Below are positions 6,643 to 17,518 of a stretch of 64,000 nt of DNA, in pieces. The notes beneath the pieces were generated by a model. The model did not search any database. It saw nothing but the letters and a program-made list of their open reading frames with translations, and was not told the DNA's origin. The number at the start of each line of letters is the position of its first letter. Within the stretch, counting starts at the first letter, position 1. The stretch lies in NCBI GenBank assembly GCA_043758445.1, contig JAYVNM010000166.1, forward strand, positions 398 to 64,397. The letters are read 5' to 3'. The DNA comes from Akkermansiaceae bacterium. Lineage in GTDB: Bacteria; Verrucomicrobiota; Verrucomicrobiia; Verrucomicrobiales; Akkermansiaceae. A program made the position numbers and the translations under genes.

Positions 6643-8090
6643 GGTGTGGCTTTGGGAGTTTTCAACTTGGTGGATTTCGGGCGGAGTCGGCGAAGGCCGA
6701 GCGCATAAGCCTCGATCTGGCGAGGGGTGGAGCGCGGACAGGCATGGTCGTAAGCGGCATAGACCGCCTTGCGAATGGCGAGAGTCCAGGGATCGGAGGC
6801 TTCGCCAAAATTCGCTGAGTCGAGCGGGGTGGGATCTTTAACAAGTTCCAACAGAAGCTGGCGTTCGAGATCGAGGGCATTCCAGAAATGGCGCTGGGCC
6901 ACATCCACCGGAGCGGAAGCGTGCATCATTGAGTCCGAGTAGGCTTTGACGGCGGAGTAAATGAGTGTGGATTGAGCATCAGCGTATTTCATTCCGTTGG
7001 CGTAGGTGAGCTGGCCACTTTCGGTAAAAAGCCGATGCGGGACGGTGAAGCGATCTTCGATGCCATCGAGAATCTTGGCGTCCTTCGCTTTGATGAGTTC
7101 GCCGACCCACAAATCAACATCACCATCTTCGTGCTCGAAAATATGACTCTGGAGAACGAGAGGCGCGGACTGTGCTTGGGTGCCACGAAGGACGGCGAGG
7201 CAGTGGAGATCACGCCAGATTCTGCGGTTCGTGTCGGCACGCAGGAGACGATGTTCTTCCTTGTAAGGAACGATGGTGGCGGAAGGTTCCCGGCATTCCG
7301 GATAAGCGGGATGTTCCAGACCTTGGTCGATGTGAATGGCATACCCGTCCAAAACATTTCCCGTGACATCAAGGCGACAGGAAAGTGGAACCAAGCGTCC
7401 GAGATAGGTTTCAGTGAGTTCTCTAGCAGCGGTGCCTTTAATTTGATCCGGAGTACCGATTTCCCAATAGGGCTTGCCGAAGTTCGGCATGTTTGCAGTA
7501 TCGAGACAATTCGCGAGGATGGTCTGTTTGAGACTTTTTCCTATTAGAAAGGTGTGGAGCATTTTCAAGCTTGGGCCGTTTCCTTTCACCTTGGAGGCCA
7601 TGCTGCCGCCGACAAAGAAGTTCTGATAGCAGAGGATCAGACGGGCTAAACTAGCGGGATCGATGTCACGGGCATCTTCCCCGAAATGATCCAACAGCGT
7701 CGGTGAATTCCCAGCCGCTAGGGTGAAACTCATTTGAACGAGCGGGTAACTCTTATCACCCGGCGTGGCTTTGCACTGAATAAACCGAGGACCGTCGCCG
7801 AAGAGATTGAAATGTGGGTGGATATCCGGTCGGGCGAGATAGGCAGGAACTTTTTCCTCAAGGTCGCTGCCGAATTCCGGCCAGCCATAGATATCCTTGG
7901 GCGCGCCGAGGGCTGCTTGGGTGATGCAGACGAGCAGGCGGATGAGCGAGATGCGTTCGTGAGGGGCGGCATCCAGATCGGCGATTTCTCCGGCGTGGCG
8001 GAAGAGTTCGTCGAGGCTGGTGAGGGAGTGGTGACCGTCGAGCCAGCGGACGGGAATCCAAGGGTGGGAGATGAGGTTGAATTCGGACAT
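6639..8090 (-). CDS. cse1: Cse1 (CasA), Cascade large subunit
   Basis: 483 aa. N-terminus NLISHPWIPVR compares with E. coli CasA NLLIDNWIPVR. It lies immediately downstream of cas3 and has a 4-nt overlap with cse2. Confidence 0.85.
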   Translation of the reverse strand: MSEFNLISHPWIPVRWLDGHHSLTSLDELFRHAGEIADLDAAPHERISLIRLLVCITQAALGAPKDIYGWPEFGSDLEEKVPAYLARPDIHPHFNLFGDGPRFIQCKATPGDKSYPLVQMSFTLAAGNSPTLLDHFGEDARDIDPASLARLILCYQNFFVGGSMASKVKGNGPSLKMLHTFLIGKSLKQTILANCLDTANMPNFGKPYWEIGTPDQIKGTAARELTETYLGRLVPLSCRLDVTGNVLDGYAIHIDQGLEHPAYPECREPSATIVPYKEEHRLLRADTNRRIWRDLHCLAVLRGTQAQSAPLVLQSHIFEHEDGDVDLWVGELIKAKDAKILDGIEDRFTVPHRLFTESGQLTYANGMKYADAQSTLIYSAVKAYSDSMMHASAPVDVAQRHFWNALDLERQLLLELVKDPTPLDSANFGEASDPWTLAIRKAVYAAYDHACPRSTPRQIEAYALGLRRLRPKSTKLKTPKATP

Positions 8091-8102
8091 GGAAGAATCG
8101 GG

Positions 8103-10751
8103 TTAGAACCAGCCATCATCTTCGGGTTCGAAGGACGGTGGGAATTGGGCTGCTGGATTACGGGTGTGACTAAGGCCAGTTTCAGGATGGTAGTCGAGGA
8201 GGTAAGGCGGGATTTCCGGCGAGCCGATGAGTTCACAGGAAGTCGAGTCGGTCGGGACGGTGGCGAGCACTGCGTCGCTGCAATGTTTCACGAGCCAATC
8301 AGGTTGTCCTTTCAAGTGGCGGACGAGGTAACGCGGGATGCGGATGGCGTTGCGATGGAGGGCGAGGGCGAGCGGATAGTTGAACGGGCCGTAGGAACCT
8401 TGTTGGAAGGGAATACGGTCGCCGCTGAAAAGATCGAGGTGAGTGGAGGTGGCGTTGAGCGGTTGGCGCAAGAGAACGAGCAAGGCGGTGGGCTGGTTGT
8501 TCCAGCGGGTTCGGGCTCCTTCCTTGTCGTCGTAAGTGGCGGAGTTGAAAACGTCTAACATCCTGGCGGTGTTGAGCATTTTCCGGGTTTCCTGATCCAA
8601 ATGATCAAGGAAGACGGCCGCTCCGGTTTCGAGGGTTTCGGGAATCTCGTATGATTTCTCCACCAGATCGCGGATGTCCTGCGGCAGGGTGATCGTGCTT
8701 TGCGGGAGTTCCAAAATAACCTTTGCCGCCTGATAGAGCGAGAACGGTGGATAAACCCAAGCGGAAGGTCCCAGCGCGGATTTGATTTCGCTTTCCGGCG
8801 CAGACCAATTGACTTGCGGCATGAGGATGATGCAGCGCGGTGTTTCAAATCCGGCGGGGCGGGAGCGCGGGTGGCGATGGAGACGGCCGAGGCGTTGGAG
8901 GATGAGATCGACGGGGGCCAGATCGGTGACGAGCAGGTCGGCATCGATATCGACGGATTGCTCGATGACCTGGGTGGCGACGAGAATGCAGCCGTGCGGG
9001 CGGCAGTCGTCGGATTTTCCGAGTTTTTCCATCCAAGCTTGTTCGTTTGCGTCGCGCTGAAATTGGGCGAAGCGGCTGTGGATCAGACCAAAAGTGACGC
9101 GTTGATCCCGGCAGATGGATTTGAGATGACGATAGGTGTCCTGGGCGAGCTTGACGGTATTGCGGATGACGACGACGCAGGCACCGGATTCGGCGGCGGC
9201 GGCGATTTTTTGCCAGATTCCATCGGAGCTGCTGTCAACTTGTTCGATGGTGACCTGAGTGGACGAATGTTCGTTTCCGATCACAGAAATGCTTTCGGCA
9301 TAAGAGCTGCCCTTGGCGACCTTAGTGATGAGTGGGTAGGCCGTGGGTGTTCCTGATTCCACCGCGCCTACCGCAGCGACGAGAGACTTCCGCCTAGAAG
9401 AAGCGAGTGTTGCGGATAAAATGATGACTGAACAGCCGACATCCATAAGCCATTTCACAGTGCGGTCCACGAGAGCCGAGGTGTAGGGATCGTAGGAATG
9501 AACTTCGTCGATGATGACCATTTTCCCGGACAGCGCGAAAAGGCGGAGTGCGGAGTGTTTCACCGGCAGGCAGGACATAATGGCTTGATCGATGGTGCCG
9601 CTGCCAAACGGGGCGAGCAGAGATTTACGACCAGAGGCATACCAACCGCAAAGATTCGTAGCATCTTCTTCGTGAGCGATGGTCGGAGAAATCGCGACGA
9701 TTCGGTCGGGTTTCATCCAGGCGTTGCCGTGGACGAGAGAGGTGATGACGGAATCCGAAACGACGTTTTTCAGGAACCCGGCGACGCGGCTGTGGATGCG
9801 ATTGCTGGTGAGTTGGGTAGGCAGGGCAAAGTAGAGTCCGCGTTCCTCCCCGTCGGTCCAACGTCGGTAGCAAGCGGCGAGAGCGGCTTCGGTTTTCCCG
9901 ACACCCATCGGTGCTTCCACGATGTAGAGACCGGGGGAATCCATTGCGGCGATGAGTGCGGATTGAAGCGGGCGCGGAGATTCTACGCCGGGAAAGAGAG
10001 CACTGAATGCGCAGTGCGGATTTACATCGCGCTGATGCCATGCGAGATCGGAGATGGCTTTGGTCGCATTTTCACGGACACTTGCAGGAGTCTCCTGATC
10101 GGCGAGTGGTCCGCCGGAGGATAGAGGAAACCAGCGGGTGTCGGAGCCGATCCAGTCCGAAAAAGTGATGAATCCGGTAAGCCAATGGACGATAACTCCT
10201 TTGGGGATGTCATTTACAGGAAGTTTGCCGAATACGGCTTCCAGTTCCAGAAGGAGTTCGTCGCGAAGAACCGATGGCCATGTCAGCCCATCCTCATCGA
10301 TCTTCGGAAAATGGCCGCCTTCAGAAGCGAAGTATTTCCCGTGGTGGCCACCCGCCGCGAGCACCCAATCGTACGGACGTCGTCCGACACGCACCGCGTC
10401 CAAAGAAGCAAGGTAAGCTTGGCTGACGATAGAGTGATTTCCCTGATAAGAGTCGCTGCCCTTCGCATTGGTAAAATCCCAGTGCGGACGAGCTTTGAGT
10501 TGAAACCCGGGAGTGATTTTCCCAATATCATGCGCTGCTGCTAAGGTCACCGCTCCAACCGGGGGGAGGTTGCGACATGCTTTCGGAAGTCGCCCTTGGA
10601 CCGCTTCCGCTACTGCACCAACGATTAAGCAGTGATCTCTTACCGTCAGCGCAGGATGGCCAGTGACGGGATCGGTTTTTGCCCAGCAGTCTTGCAGGCG
10701 TATGGGAGGGGTAATCAAATTGATAGATTTGGTTGAAGCAATGCAGCGCAT
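8103..10751 (-). CDS. cas3: Cas3 HD nuclease / SF2 helicase (type I-E)
   Basis: 882 aa. HD region HDIGKITPGFQ, Walker A APMGVGKTEAAL and DExH box IIDEVHSYD. It is the first gene of the operon. Confidence 0.93.
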   Translation of the reverse strand: MRCIASTKSINLITPPIRLQDCWAKTDPVTGHPALTVRDHCLIVGAVAEAVQGRLPKACRNLPPVGAVTLAAAHDIGKITPGFQLKARPHWDFTNAKGSDSYQGNHSIVSQAYLASLDAVRVGRRPYDWVLAAGGHHGKYFASEGGHFPKIDEDGLTWPSVLRDELLLELEAVFGKLPVNDIPKGVIVHWLTGFITFSDWIGSDTRWFPLSSGGPLADQETPASVRENATKAISDLAWHQRDVNPHCAFSALFPGVESPRPLQSALIAAMDSPGLYIVEAPMGVGKTEAALAACYRRWTDGEERGLYFALPTQLTSNRIHSRVAGFLKNVVSDSVITSLVHGNAWMKPDRIVAISPTIAHEEDATNLCGWYASGRKSLLAPFGSGTIDQAIMSCLPVKHSALRLFALSGKMVIIDEVHSYDPYTSALVDRTVKWLMDVGCSVIILSATLASSRRKSLVAAVGAVESGTPTAYPLITKVAKGSSYAESISVIGNEHSSTQVTIEQVDSSSDGIWQKIAAAAESGACVVVIRNTVKLAQDTYRHLKSICRDQRVTFGLIHSRFAQFQRDANEQAWMEKLGKSDDCRPHGCILVATQVIEQSVDIDADLLVTDLAPVDLILQRLGRLHRHPRSRPAGFETPRCIILMPQVNWSAPESEIKSALGPSAWVYPPFSLYQAAKVILELPQSTITLPQDIRDLVEKSYEIPETLETGAAVFLDHLDQETRKMLNTARMLDVFNSATYDDKEGARTRWNNQPTALLVLLRQPLNATSTHLDLFSGDRIPFQQGSYGPFNYPLALALHRNAIRIPRYLVRHLKGQPDWLVKHCSDAVLATVPTDSTSCELIGSPEIPPYLLDYHPETGLSHTRNPAAQFPPSFEPEDDGWF

Positions 10752-10994
10752 TGAAACTGCTGATAGAAAATTGTCGAGGTGAAAGGTCAGTTACAGACGA
10801 ACTCCGTTGAGTTGATACAAGTTTTGCTATTCGGAATCTGCTTTTTATCACCCAGAGTGGGACAAATAGAAGGTCAGGCTCAAAAAAGTCTGAATAGTTT
10901 TTAAATGAATTCGCAGGAATGCTCATGGCGCAGTGGACGCCAGAACAGTCTTACTTCGTATCGTTCGCCTTGGACGATTACTGGCAGCTCCAAG
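10752..10994 (-). promoter_or_regulatory. cas3/Cascade operon upstream region (promoter not mapped)
   Basis: A 243-nt lower-GC non-coding gap between the malQ stop and the cas3 ATG. It contains CAAGTTTTGCTAT (10818-10830), the reverse complement of the leader 13-mer, followed by GAATCTGC (10834-10841), which is also in the leader. Confidence 0.45.
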
Positions 10995-13685
10995 CTATGA
11001 GCGCCCGGCAGCTTGAATCAGTCTGGCTAGCTTGCGGTTGAAGGCACAGGCTGCCGCGAGTTCACCGAGGCCGAGGTGCATCCGGTAGCGCCAGTAATAG
11101 GGCATGATCGCCGGGACGTTGATTCGCTCTGCGTCCGGGTTCGGGTGGCGGAGTGTTTCATCCATCGCTAGCAAGTCTTGGAGTGGAAAAATTGCCCACA
11201 TCGCGGGGGCTTGCAGGTGTTGCCAAATGATGCGAACGGCGACCTCGCCCGAGAGTTCGGCTACGGGATTTTCCATGCCGAACATCTGCCGAGCAAACCG
11301 AGCGGTCGCTTGGGCATCCTCTTGCCACCAAGCCCGCAAGGTCGGCATGTCGTGGGTGGAGGGACTCACTACACTCATGTAAGTTGCGTCCAAAGGATTA
11401 TAAAACTCCCGGTCCGAAGTCTTCGGCATCCGCTGGATTTCTAACGAAAGAATACCTAGCTCCTGGAGCACGCCCGGCACACAGGCGGGCACCATGCCGA
11501 GATCTTCGCCGCATAGCAGCATTGGGCTAGCCTGCCGCATCGCAGGCAGTTTCCCATAACCGCTCGCCTGCCAGAAACTCTCCTGTCGCTGATAGAAATA
11601 GTCGTTGTATAGTTCCTCAATCCGCCACCGGCTTTCATGCGGAAGGTCGCGGAAAGAATTAGTCGCCTGCATTGAGCAACGCGGATGGAACTGCGTGCCA
11701 TGCGAGCCAGGCACTTCAAAAAACAAAACCTCGCTTGCGCAATCTAGCAAACCTTGGCGGATGAAATCAGCATGGGGATTTTCCGCGAAATAATCATCGA
11801 TCCGCCGCTGCGTGAGAACTTGTTCTCGGAGTTGAAAATAGCCGTTTCCACAATCGTGGAGGAAATGGTTTTTCACATAATCCGCTTTATCGCCAAAGTA
11901 TTCCATCAGGGCATTCCAGCGGATATAGGGGCGGCAATATCGATTGTAATCAAAGTCGATGCCGCGTCTGCGGATTTCATCAATATGGATAGGCATGGCC
12001 GGATCAAAGTAGCCCATGATACCTTCAATGTGCGCGTAAGGGACCTGCCAGATCCGGAAAAATCCCAGAATATGGTCGATCCGGTAAGCATCGAAATAAC
12101 GGCTCAGTTGGGCAAATCTCGACCGCCACCATGCGTAGTCATCCTGTTGCATGACATCCCAACAATACGTCGGAAAACCCCAATTCTGGCCCTTCACGGC
12201 GAAGGCGTCCGGCGGAGCACCGGCCTGCGCGTCCATCTTGAATAAGTGCGGCAACGACCAAGCATCCACCGATTGGCGGTCGATACCGATGGGCAAATCT
12301 CCCTTGAGCGCAAGGCCCAGGTCATGCAAGTGACGGACCGCATCCGCGAGTTGGCAGTCGAGTTCGCATTGCAGCCAAATGTGATAGGCAAGCTCAGGCC
12401 ACTCGGCGTGGCCAGGTGATGTTAGAGCCAATGCTTTTTCCCGATCATAGGTGGCCCACTCTTCCCATTGAGAGAAATCCGCCGTGCCATAGTGATCGCG
12501 TTTCACACAAAACACCGCATAGGGAATCACCCAGTCGGCATTTTTTTTCAAAAATTCCTGGAACGCGGCCTGGCTAGTTATTTCACGCTGGTGTTGGTCA
12601 TACATCCGTCGGGTGAGTTTCATTTTCACCTGCATCACCGCCTCATAGTCCACCTGTTCCAGCGCGTTTAGGGCGACCCGTGCGGTGTCTCTATCCACAG
12701 TGAAATCCGGCGGCATGGTATAACTCAAATCATCTATCCGCAGATAGAGCGGGTGCAGAGCGAACACACTGATCGCGGAATACGGATACGAGTCCGTCCA
12801 GTCATGGGATGAGGTGGTGTCGTTGATCGGTAAGATTTGGATCAGTTTCAGCCCGATGCCACCCGCCCAATCCGCCAGCGGCTTGAGATCGGCGAACTCC
12901 CCCACCCCAAGGCTTTTCTCCCCACGCAGCGAGAACACCGGCAAAGCCACCCCGGCCCCCCGGAACAGCCCGCTCGTATCCCGGCGGAAACATTCATCAC
13001 TGATCTTCGTCAACTGACGGGCGGCCATCTGCCGGACTGGTAGTCGCCGGTTCTCGCCGAGTTCGAGACTCACGACGCAGTTTAACTTGAGATCAAACAA
13101 GCCATATTTATAGTCAATATTCCAATCCGCCGGGAGATATAGATTTACCTGCCAGACATTCGGTGCCGTTTCGTGCAGCGGCACGCCGGAATGCCAGCCC
13201 CAGTCGCCAAGCTCGCTCACACTTCCTAGCAGGCACGGCACTAGGCTGACAGGCACGGCAGCCATGCGGAGCTGGAACGAGTGATTTACGCGCTCCGGCT
13301 CAACCAAACTAACAAACCATTCCCGCACAGGTAGGACGGCGCGAAACGCACTGGTTTCAAATGCATAGTCGGCAGTCCCGGCCGAGCACCAGCTATCCAG
13401 CAGTAGGAGCGCCTCCTGCGCCGTGAGATCGATCTCCGCGATCCGTGGCCCATGCCACTCGTCCAGCTCGACGCCGTTGGTCTGGCGGAGCTGATAGTTG
13501 TATTCGATGCGGAAACACCCCGCGCCCCGGATCGCCACGCTGGTTTCCCACTGTTCGTCATTGAGCCAACGCAGCGGCACGACCTGATCGAAACGAACGC
13601 CATTCGCATCCAGCACGGTCGAGTATTTCAGCCACAGCGACTGGCCGGGGACGGTGTGATAATTCAGACGAAAAACGATTTTCAT
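10995..13685 (-). CDS. malQ: 4-alpha-glucanotransferase (GH77, DPE2-like, with N-terminal starch-binding-type modules)
   Basis: GVALPVFSLRGEKSLGVGEFADLKPLADW...LIQILPINDTT...YPYSAISVFALHPLYL is the GH77 signature. The start is set at MKIVFRLNY. Confidence 0.85.
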   Translation of the reverse strand: MKIVFRLNYHTVPGQSLWLKYSTVLDANGVRFDQVVPLRWLNDEQWETSVAIRGAGCFRIEYNYQLRQTNGVELDEWHGPRIAEIDLTAQEALLLLDSWCSAGTADYAFETSAFRAVLPVREWFVSLVEPERVNHSFQLRMAAVPVSLVPCLLGSVSELGDWGWHSGVPLHETAPNVWQVNLYLPADWNIDYKYGLFDLKLNCVVSLELGENRRLPVRQMAARQLTKISDECFRRDTSGLFRGAGVALPVFSLRGEKSLGVGEFADLKPLADWAGGIGLKLIQILPINDTTSSHDWTDSYPYSAISVFALHPLYLRIDDLSYTMPPDFTVDRDTARVALNALEQVDYEAVMQVKMKLTRRMYDQHQREITSQAAFQEFLKKNADWVIPYAVFCVKRDHYGTADFSQWEEWATYDREKALALTSPGHAEWPELAYHIWLQCELDCQLADAVRHLHDLGLALKGDLPIGIDRQSVDAWSLPHLFKMDAQAGAPPDAFAVKGQNWGFPTYCWDVMQQDDYAWWRSRFAQLSRYFDAYRIDHILGFFRIWQVPYAHIEGIMGYFDPAMPIHIDEIRRRGIDFDYNRYCRPYIRWNALMEYFGDKADYVKNHFLHDCGNGYFQLREQVLTQRRIDDYFAENPHADFIRQGLLDCASEVLFFEVPGSHGTQFHPRCSMQATNSFRDLPHESRWRIEELYNDYFYQRQESFWQASGYGKLPAMRQASPMLLCGEDLGMVPACVPGVLQELGILSLEIQRMPKTSDREFYNPLDATYMSVVSPSTHDMPTLRAWWQEDAQATARFARQMFGMENPVAELSGEVAVRIIWQHLQAPAMWAIFPLQDLLAMDETLRHPNPDAERINVPAIMPYYWRYRMHLGLGELAAACAFNRKLARLIQAAGRS

Positions 13686-14059
13686 GGGTTGCTTGGCAGA
13701 AATCTTGCCCCGCCCACCGACCACTTGGCGATGCGAAAAAGTCCTCAGAATCCGACTTCATCCCTTGACCCGATGCCCACCCGCGACGAAACCGACATAT
13801 GCTCCATTTACTAACCCTTACGATCGTGATCTGCGGGATTGTCGGCGGTCTGGCACTCGCCCGCCTGATCACGAACTGGTTCGCCGACCGTTGAACTTAG
13901 AAACCGCGAATTAACGCGAATGGACACTAATAAATAACTGATAATAATATAGTTACGTAGTTTCTTGCCATTCAAACACAAGCCCAACTCTGCGTCCCTT
14001 TGCGACCTCTGCGCCTTTGCGGTGAAAATCTTTTCTCAAACTGCGGATTTTAGTTTGAA

Positions 14060-15106
14060 TCAACTCTGCGAGACTTTTTGCAACAGACGAAGTTTTTCCA
14101 ACGCCGCACCGCTGGTGATCATCTCACGCGAAATTTCGATGCCATCGCCCATGTCATCTGCTAGACCGGCGCAGGCGAGGGCGGCCCCGGCGTTCATTAG
14201 GACCATGTCGCGCTTCGGCCCGGTTTCGCGTCCGGCTAGGATGGCTTCGAGGATCGCGGCGTTCACCTTGGCATCGCCGCCTTGGAGTTCCGCCACCTCC
14301 GCGTGTTTCATGCCGAAATCGTGCGGGTGGATTTCCTCGTCCACCATTTCCTGATAGAGACCGGATTTAAAAATCCGCGTGGCCCCCATGAGGCTGACTT
14401 CATCGACGGCGCGGCCATCGCCCGTGGTGCCGTGGACGACCCAAGCGCTGTGGCGGCCGAGACGTTGCAGGATTGCGGCGAAGTCCGGGCAGAGGTCGCG
14501 ATTGAAAACCCCGATGAGTTGGCACTGCGGGCGGGCCGGATTGAGCAGCGGGCCGATCAGGTTGAAGATCGTCTTCACGCCTTGGGCCGCCAGCGATTTT
14601 CTAACCGCGACGACCGCCTTGAAGGCGGGATGATAGAGCGGGGCAAACATGAAGCCGATGCCCGCTTTTTCCACACAGTTGCGAAAATCATCCGCCGGCA
14701 GATCAATGCGAATTCCGAGCGCCTCAAGCACGTCTGCGCCACCACTTTTCGAAGTGATGCCGCGGTTACCATGCTTCACGACCACGGCCCCGGCGGCGGC
14801 GGCGATGAACATGGCGGTGGTGGAAATATTGAATAAATCAAGCTGATCACCGCCCGTGCCACAGACATCGAGGGTGGGGCCTTCGAGATCGAGCAGGCCG
14901 AGATGCGGATTGATCGCGTGTTCGAGAAATGCCTCCACGAAGCCCGCGATCTCGCCCGGAGTTTCGCCCTTGAGGGCCAAGGCCGCCAGCAGCCGGGCCT
15001 TTTTCTCGTCCGGCATGGCCGGGTCTAGCAATAGCGCCGCCGCCACTTCCACTTCGCGCGGAGACAGCTCCTGTTTGGCTTCCAAATGATGAATCAAGGC
15101 ATCCAT
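14060..15106 (-). CDS. trpD: Anthranilate phosphoribosyltransferase
   Basis: CGTGGDQLDLFNISTTAMFIAAAAGAVVVKHGNRGITSKSGGADVLEALG is the TrpD motif block. Confidence 0.92.
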   Translation of the reverse strand: MDALIHHLEAKQELSPREVEVAAALLLDPAMPDEKKARLLAALALKGETPGEIAGFVEAFLEHAINPHLGLLDLEGPTLDVCGTGGDQLDLFNISTTAMFIAAAAGAVVVKHGNRGITSKSGGADVLEALGIRIDLPADDFRNCVEKAGIGFMFAPLYHPAFKAVVAVRKSLAAQGVKTIFNLIGPLLNPARPQCQLIGVFNRDLCPDFAAILQRLGRHSAWVVHGTTGDGRAVDEVSLMGATRIFKSGLYQEMVDEEIHPHDFGMKHAEVAELQGGDAKVNAAILEAILAGRETGPKRDMVLMNAGAALACAGLADDMGDGIEISREMITSGAALEKLRLLQKVSQS

Positions 15107-15219
15107 GGCCGGAAGCTAGCCACCCGGGTGACGGACTGCCAGAACGAACGCATCGACCGGTGGCGGCGAGAGCCAAGCAAGCCGAACCGAAGTCAGGCCA
15201 TGCAATGTGCTGGATTCCC

Positions 15220-16224
15220 TTATTTGGCGAGTTCGAAATCCGCCGCTTTCAGGTTTTTCTTGTAGCCGTTGAACTCGTATTTGTTAGGTTGATAGTCACC
15301 CACCAAAGTTACATCGGACTTCGCTGGAATTTCGATGCCCAGCCCCCACAGCACGCCGTTCACGACCAAGCGGCGGAGGCCTTCGTTGGTTAGATCTGTG
15401 GCCGCGCCCATGGTGGTGCAAAGGATTTTGTTGGTCTTGCCGGCGGCGTTTTTAACCTCACGGTGCCATGCGATGGGCATCATCGGTGTGTTGATGTCCT
15501 GTTTCTCCTTGTCGGCCCGAAGTTTCTCATAGACCGCTGCAGAGTCCTTCGCATCCATGCCCTTGAGCACTTGCCCCCTGAACAAGATCACCGCATCGGC
15601 TGGCGGATAGGCTTCATAAACATCGGTATCGACAAATACGTCTTCCACCCCGCGCAGGATTGGATCTTGACTGGCGGTGGCCTCCATCACGGCGCGGGTG
15701 GCCTCCGACTTGTGCTTACCCCAGTGATTGACCCAGCCCTCGCCAAGGACGGTCTTACCATATTTGTTATATTGTTTGAAACCGCTGGTGTCGGGCAATT
15801 GGAAGGAATGGGTGCTCGTCCTGATGCCCACAATGGGAACCCCGCGCTGGATCGCCGCATCGAAGTGTTTCATCGTCTCGTCCGGCCATTTGCGGAAACG
15901 CAGCGAGGTGACGATGGCGTCGGCGGAATCCAAGGCCTCGGGTTTGCCGAGACTTTCGCCCTTGTTCGGATTGATCGTGCCGTCGGGATCCGTCGAGAAC
16001 AACACCGTGCATTCGAAGCCAAAGCGGGTGCTGAGAATTTTCGCCAGCATGGGGAGGGCTTCCTCCGAGCGGTACTCCTCATCGCCCGCTAACAGCACAA
16101 CGTGTTTTCCCATGCCCGGAGCCGCGCCGCCCGGGTAGGAAACCCAGCCGATTCCGGATTCCGAAAAAGCGGGTATGACGGTGGCGACAAGCGTGAGACC
16201 TAAGGCGGCGATAGTTTTTTTCAT
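15220..16224 (-). CDS. Secreted ThuA-like / class I glutamine-amidotransferase-fold protein (function tentative)
   Basis: Signal peptide MKKTIAALGLTLVATVIPAFS. HVVLLAGDEEYRSEEALPMLAKIL resembles the ThuA-domain proteins of PVC bacteria as I recall them. Confidence 0.5.
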   Translation of the reverse strand: MKKTIAALGLTLVATVIPAFSESGIGWVSYPGGAAPGMGKHVVLLAGDEEYRSEEALPMLAKILSTRFGFECTVLFSTDPDGTINPNKGESLGKPEALDSADAIVTSLRFRKWPDETMKHFDAAIQRGVPIVGIRTSTHSFQLPDTSGFKQYNKYGKTVLGEGWVNHWGKHKSEATRAVMEATASQDPILRGVEDVFVDTDVYEAYPPADAVILFRGQVLKGMDAKDSAAVYEKLRADKEKQDINTPMMPIAWHREVKNAAGKTNKILCTTMGAATDLTNEGLRRLVVNGVLWGLGIEIPAKSDVTLVGDYQPNKYEFNGYKKNLKAADFELAK

Positions 16225-16330
16225 GGGGTAAATTTCTAATCGATTTGTAGCGGGCATCTTACGCCACGCAGATGACCTGATTCAAACAGCGTTTTTCCGG
16301 GAATCAAGATCAGAAAACGGCCGACCGCAC

Positions 16331-16936
16331 TTATCTAACAATGATCGCGCGGGGCGGTGGGGCGGAAAAATCGTCATCCGGTTTTTTGGGCACCGCCTGC
16401 GTCGCCACGGAACTGGGCGCGGCTGGAGATGAGGCGGAGTTCACCGGGACGAGCTTGCTCTCGCTGGGATTGGTGACGTTCCCGACATTCGTCGCTCCAC
16501 CCAAACGTGCTTCAAAATAATCGTAACCCCGGATCGCCGAGTACACCAGTCCACAGGAGAGAATCAACACGCCCACCCCGGATAACCAGCCGCTGGTGAC
16601 TCCGCGTTCAGGAATTTTCTCCTCATTTTTCGCCACAATAACCTCCATGAATGGGCGGGCGATTTCCCCCACGACGAAGGGGGCAGGCTGCAGCGCGTCC
16701 AACCAAACCGTGGCGTCCACGTTGAGAAACTCACTGTATTGGGAAAGGAAACTCTTGGCATAAGACGGCCCTGGAAAAGCCGAGAAATCCCCCGCTTCCA
16801 GTGCTACGATCACCGAGCGCGGGATGCGGACGCGGAATGTGACATCTTCCACGGTCAGCCCCGCGGTGTTGCGCGCCGCTTGTAAGCGCATGCCGATTTC
16901 ATCCTGGAGGTCTTTCACGTTACTTCTAGGCACCAT
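16331..16936 (-). CDS. RodZ-like helix-turn-helix membrane protein
   Basis: N-terminal HTH (IGMRLQAARNTAGLTVEDVTFRVRIPRSVIVALEAGDF) followed by one TM segment and a Pro/Ser-rich tail. Confidence 0.6.
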   Translation of the reverse strand: MVPRSNVKDLQDEIGMRLQAARNTAGLTVEDVTFRVRIPRSVIVALEAGDFSAFPGPSYAKSFLSQYSEFLNVDATVWLDALQPAPFVVGEIARPFMEVIVAKNEEKIPERGVTSGWLSGVGVLILSCGLVYSAIRGYDYFEARLGGATNVGNVTNPSESKLVPVNSASSPAAPSSVATQAVPKKPDDDFSAPPPRAIIVR

Positions 16937-17032
16937 AGCAAATCAGCCCGCCAGTGCAAGCCCGGGGTCATTCCGATTACCGGGGTCATTCCGATTTGAC
17001 GAAACGGGCGGCACCCGCCATGGTCCGCCGCG

Positions 17033-17518
17033 ATGTCCGACAAGAAGCATGTGCTATTCGTTTGCACTGGCAATACCTGCCGCAGTCCGATGGCCGAGGG
17101 GCTGTTCCGCAAGGCGGTCGCGGGGCGCGAGGATTACACGGTGAGTTCCGCCGGGGTGGCCGCCTCCAAGGGAACTCCGGCGAATCCGGAAACCGCCGCG
17201 CTGTTGCAAAAGCATGGCGTGGCCCTGGACAGATTTGTCAGCAGATCAGTCTCGAATGCCCTCCTCAGAGAGGCGACTCATGTGTTCGCCATGACCTCCG
17301 GCCACTTGCGGGCGCTCGAATCCCGATTTCCCGACCATGCAGATAAATTCTACCTCGTCTGTGAATTCGTGGAAATCCCAGGTGAGGGCATCGGTGCCGA
17401 CATCCCCGACCCCATCGGCATGGGCCGCCGGGCCTATGAAGAAGTCGCGGAGATGTTCGACCTCGCGATCCCTGCAATCATCACCTACATGGATCAGACA
17501 TGGAAATCCCCCGTGTGA
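17033..17518 (+). CDS. Low-molecular-weight phosphatase (protein-tyrosine or protein-arginine, YwlE-like)
   Basis: The P-loop VLFVCTGNTCRSPMAEGLF is the LMW-PTP signature CX5R(S/T). Confidence 0.88.
   Translation: MSDKKHVLFVCTGNTCRSPMAEGLFRKAVAGREDYTVSSAGVAASKGTPANPETAALLQKHGVALDRFVSRSVSNALLREATHVFAMTSGHLRALESRFPDHADKFYLVCEFVEIPGEGIGADIPDPIGMGRRAYEEVAEMFDLAIPAIITYMDQTWKSPV

Noticed and set aside
1483-10830. The 13-bp inverted repeats as ends of a mobile or invertible 9.3-kb cas cassette
   Set aside because: No recombinase or transposase gene lies within or beside the segment, and no target-site duplication was seen. The CRISPR array would lie outside the element. A shared operator is the simpler reading.
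10528-10926. 132-aa minus-strand ORF spanning the cas3 start region
   Set aside because: It overlaps cas3 out of frame. The non-overlapping part lies in the low-GC promoter region and has no recognisable features.
13799-13894. 31-codon hydrophobic ORF (MLHLLTLTIVICGIVGGLALARLITNWFADR) in the malQ-trpD intergenic region
   Set aside because: It is plausible as a small membrane peptide, but it is too short to support without conservation or expression data.
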